This document shows, piece after piece, positions 60,953-64,000 of a stretch of 64,000 nucleotides of DNA. The notes below the pieces were generated by a model. That model was not told the DNA's origin and ran no database searches. It saw nothing but the letters and a program-made list of their open reading frames with translations. The position numbers and the translations under genes are program-made. Location of the stretch: assembly GCA_009693575.1 (NCBI GenBank), contig SHWZ01000005.1, forward strand, positions 8,327-72,326, written 5' to 3'. The DNA is from Flavobacteriaceae bacterium. Its GTDB lineage: Bacteria > Bacteroidota > Bacteroidia > UKL13-3. Within the stretch, counting starts at the first letter, position 1. Each line of letters starts with the position of its first letter.

Positions 60953-61633
60953 ATGAAACTCACTTACTACGGCCATTCCTGTTTTCTGTTGGATACTGGC
61001 AGCCACCAAATACTGTTCGACCCATTTATCCGAGGCAACGAGCTGGCCAAGCACATCCATGTGGATGAAATAAGCCCCGACTTTATATGCCTGAGCCATG
61101 CCCACCAAGACCACATGGCAGACTGCGAAGAGATAGCCAACCGCAGCGGGGCATTGGTGATATGCAATTGGGAAATACACGAGTGGCTGAACAAAAAAGG
61201 CATGACCAATACCCATCCCATGAACATGGGCGGCTGGCGGCAATTTGGTTTTGGCCGGTTGCGATGTGTGGCAGCCTTGCACAGCAGCATGTTGCCCGAT
61301 GGCAACAATGGTGGCAACCCTATGGGATTCGTGCTTGAAATTGCCGACAAAAAGATATACTATGCCGGCGACACAGCCCTCACAATGGATATGAAACTGG
61401 TAGGCGAATACTGGAAGCCCGACATAGCCCTGCTGCCCCTTGGTGGCAACTTTACGATGGATGTGGAGGATGCCCTGCTGTGTTCCGACTTTATCCAATG
61501 CAACACCATTGTGGGGATGCACTTCGACACCTTTGGCTACATAGTGATGGATAAGTCTGCCGCTGCCAAAGCATTTGCCGACAGGCACAAAACCCTGCAC
61601 CTGATGGATATTGGCAAAACCCGCGATATTTAA
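60953..61633 (+). CDS. Metal-dependent hydrolase (UPF0173, MBL fold)
   Basis: YYGHSCF, SHAHQDH, YYAGDT and MHFDTF motifs. Confidence 0.93.
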   Translation: MKLTYYGHSCFLLDTGSHQILFDPFIRGNELAKHIHVDEISPDFICLSHAHQDHMADCEEIANRSGALVICNWEIHEWLNKKGMTNTHPMNMGGWRQFGFGRLRCVAALHSSMLPDGNNGGNPMGFVLEIADKKIYYAGDTALTMDMKLVGEYWKPDIALLPLGGNFTMDVEDALLCSDFIQCNTIVGMHFDTFGYIVMDKSAAAKAFADRHKTLHLMDIGKTRDI

Positions 61634-61684
61634 GCCCATCTTTGTAAGCTTTATTAAGGCAAGATATTTGACAAGCAACCAACC

Positions 61685-63127
61685 GTGCATTCTACTTTCA
61701 GAAAAACAAGTTCCCTATCAATCGTGCTACTGCTGGCAGAGTTTGCTCATGCCCAACTTCAGTTTCAGAGCATACGCCACGACTATGGAACTATACCCAA
61801 AGCCCGCAAGCTGATGTCGGAATTTGTGGTGACCAACACAGGTGCTACTGATGAATACATACTTCGGCTAAGTGGTAGCAGGCAGTTTTCATTTGTGTTT
61901 ATGCAAGAAGTACTGAAGCCCGGGCAGAGCGATACCGTAAAACTGCTTTATGCACCGCAGCAAAAAGGAGCTTTCAGCGAGAAGATACAAGTATATTTGA
62001 GTAGTCCAATGGAGCCTATTACGTTAAGCATAAAAGGGGTAGTAGGGGAGCTTGACCCCGACGCACTTTCTATATGTTATTCATTCAAATACAATCACCC
62101 CAACGACTATCAGGCAGTAGCGGTTACTGGGCAAAAGGTGACAGTAATAGACAAGAAAACGGGTAAGCCCATCCCTGAAGCTTTTGTTCAGGTGTTCTCG
62201 CTGTCCGACCGCATCTCGTCCGACTATACAAAGGCTGACGGCACGGTTGGCTTTATACTTCCGCCCAACCTGTATGAACTACGTGTGCGAGCCGATTTCT
62301 ATACTTCGGCTACCCAAGAACAATACATGAACAAAACCACAACGGATGTAGTGATAGCCTTGGAACGAAATGAAGATATAACCGACACAGCCATTTTGCA
62401 AAGCACCCAAGTGCAGGCTGTTCGGATTGACACCGTAAAACCTCTGGAAGTAGTAATACCAAAAGTGGACACAATGCCAGTGGTAGTATCAACACCAAAG
62501 GATACGGTGATAATACCACCATTAGATAATACACCAAAGCCCGAACTGTTGAACGGACTGCTAAACCCAGATGTATACGCCCCAAGCAATGTCGTTTTTC
62601 TCTTGGATATTTCTGGCTCCATGCAGCAGGAAACTCGACTACCCTCACTAAAAAAATCAATGAAAGCCTTGGTGGAACAGCTGCGGCATACCGACAAGAT
62701 TACAATTTTGGCCTACAATGAATCAATAAAAATAGTGTTTCCCACAGGCTATGTGACTGACAAAGCCAAGCTATTCAAACAAATAGATACGCTGAAAGCT
62801 GGTGGACTAACAGCTACCGACCGTGGCCTCAAATTGGCCTACGAAATGGCATTGAGTGGATTTATTCCTGGGGGGAATAACCAAGTGATACTGGCTACGG
62901 ATGGTATTTTTGGGGTGACACCAGTAGAGAAAACTATGATAAACAAAGCTGCTCATGCATTACAACCCGTAATACTTTCTGTGATGGGTTTTGGACTTGC
63001 TCCTGTCATCAATGAAAAGCTTGCCAACTTGGCCGCAGAGGGCAATGGAAGTTTCTTTTCAGGACGTGGTCCGGGAGGGATGACTGCATTGGCTGAAGAG
63101 ATAAAAGCCAAGAGTAGGATAAAATAA
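61685..63127 (+). CDS. Secreted DUF1573-like + VWA domain protein
   Basis: HDYGTI..F.VTNTG Ig-like N-terminus; FLLDISGSM MIDAS; GGNNQVILATDG. Confidence 0.88.
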   Translation: MHSTFRKTSSLSIVLLLAEFAHAQLQFQSIRHDYGTIPKARKLMSEFVVTNTGATDEYILRLSGSRQFSFVFMQEVLKPGQSDTVKLLYAPQQKGAFSEKIQVYLSSPMEPITLSIKGVVGELDPDALSICYSFKYNHPNDYQAVAVTGQKVTVIDKKTGKPIPEAFVQVFSLSDRISSDYTKADGTVGFILPPNLYELRVRADFYTSATQEQYMNKTTTDVVIALERNEDITDTAILQSTQVQAVRIDTVKPLEVVIPKVDTMPVVVSTPKDTVIIPPLDNTPKPELLNGLLNPDVYAPSNVVFLLDISGSMQQETRLPSLKKSMKALVEQLRHTDKITILAYNESIKIVFPTGYVTDKAKLFKQIDTLKAGGLTATDRGLKLAYEMALSGFIPGGNNQVILATDGIFGVTPVEKTMINKAAHALQPVILSVMGFGLAPVINEKLANLAAEGNGSFFSGRGPGGMTALAEEIKAKSRIK

Positions 63128-63210
63128 AGTTGATGCCACTAAATGAGTTAGCAGTACTTTTTTGCAAAAGTGGACGGACAAGTCTTTGTTGATAGGGTAA
63201 AATTCATCGC

Positions 63211-63432
63211 CTATCGGTCAAGGCCGATGAGCTTTACCTGGCCTTCCTGCTGAAAAGAGTGTTTGTCCTGGAGGTTCATTTTCACACTTTTGTCCATGTG
63301 CCCAGCTAATACATATTGGGCAAATATAATGATTTCTTCTGCCTTTCCTGGTGTGAGGGCTTCAAGAATTTCGAGCATTTTTGTTTTCATTACTGTCGCC
63401 TTCAAAAGGCCTTTTTTGTTTATTGTACTCAT
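63211..63432 (-). CDS. Small hypothetical protein
   Basis: 73-aa ORF with ATG start in an otherwise empty spacer. Confidence 0.45.
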   Translation of the reverse strand: MSTINKKGLLKATVMKTKMLEILEALTPGKAEEIIIFAQYVLAGHMDKSVKMNLQDKHSFQQEGQVKLIGLDR

Positions 63433-63501
63433 AGGTTCATTTATTTATAAATTGTGAGCGATTTAGAACTAATGGCGAGTGATTGATTTATGTTTGCAAA
63501 G

Positions 63502-64000
63502 ATGAGAACTAATTTTATCGCAGTATTTTTGTTTTCCTGTGTTTCCTTACACTGTAATTTGAACAAAAAAACTAACTCAAACGTTTTTTTTTACAATGAG
63601 GATGCTGGCATTTCTTCACTAGATCCTGCGTTTTCCAAAGACCAATCTACGATTTGGGCTTGTTTGCAATTATTCAACGGGCTTGTTCAGTTAGATAGTT
63701 TCTTACATGTTTTTCCTTGCATTGCAAAAAGCTGGGAAATCACTGAAGGTGGTAAATCGTACATATTTCACCTTCGGGCCGATGTTTTCTTCCATGAAAA
63801 TGAAACTGTTTTTGGCAAGCAAAAAACAAGATTGGCCACAGCACATGATTTTGTTTATAGTTTCAAACGTTTGGTTTCGCCAACGACTGCCAGCCCTGGA
63901 GCGTGGATATTCAATGGCAAAATCTCATACCCAGACTCTGCTTTCACCGCCCCCAACGATTCTACATTTGTCTTGCGATTGATCAATCCATTCCCGCCTA
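63502..64000 (+). CDS. ABC transporter substrate-binding protein, family 5 (partial)
   Basis: Absent from the ORF track. MRTNFIAVFLFSC...ISSLDPAF..QLFNGLVQLD..IAKSWEI..YIFHLR; promoter TATGTTTG at 63489-96. Confidence 0.92.
   Translation, partial: MRTNFIAVFLFSCVSLHCNLNKKTNSNVFFYNEDAGISSLDPAFSKDQSTIWACLQLFNGLVQLDSFLHVFPCIAKSWEITEGGKSYIFHLRADVFFHENETVFGKQKTRLATAHDFVYSFKRLVSPTTASPGAWIFNGKISYPDSAFTAPNDSTFVLRLINPFPP

Noticed and set aside
60866-61690. 274-aa minus-strand ORF
   Set aside because: Antisense shadow of the UPF0173 hydrolase.

Overview
This is a 64 kb chromosomal window from an aerobic, gliding Bacteroidota bacterium. The assignment rests on gldG, three T9SS C-terminal-domain cargo genes, TAnnTTTG/TAnnTTCG promoters, nuoA-G including nuoEFG, and Bacteroidota-type purF and carB. 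Most of the window is housekeeping (lptD, amidase, purH, purF, tdk, carB, tadA, cdsA, panC, era, nuoA-G, gmd) mixed with secreted or envelope proteins. Three genes are missing from the ORF track: a Kelch/PKD protein running off the left edge, an ABC substrate-binding protein running off the right edge, and a 51-aa ORF after the ECF sigma gene. The most notable items are: (1) an orphan two-gene operon at 19.7-22.3 kb encoding a secreted Cys-rich protein with a Gly/small-residue beta-hairpin C-terminus and an exported partner; (2) a decayed gene at 56.4-57.8 kb with a 219-bp foreign-looking insert flanked by AGATG repeats, 21-bp tandem repeats and a perfect 30-bp palindrome; (3) a probable 6S-like RNA at about 13.17-13.27 kb; (4) a divergent ECF sigma, mini-ORF and anti-sigma-like barrel module; (5) an 18-bp palindrome flanked by a 10-bp direct repeat. 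I recognised no CRISPR array, rRNA, tRNA, transposase, integrase or reverse transcriptase. All family calls come from motif recognition by eye, not database searches.
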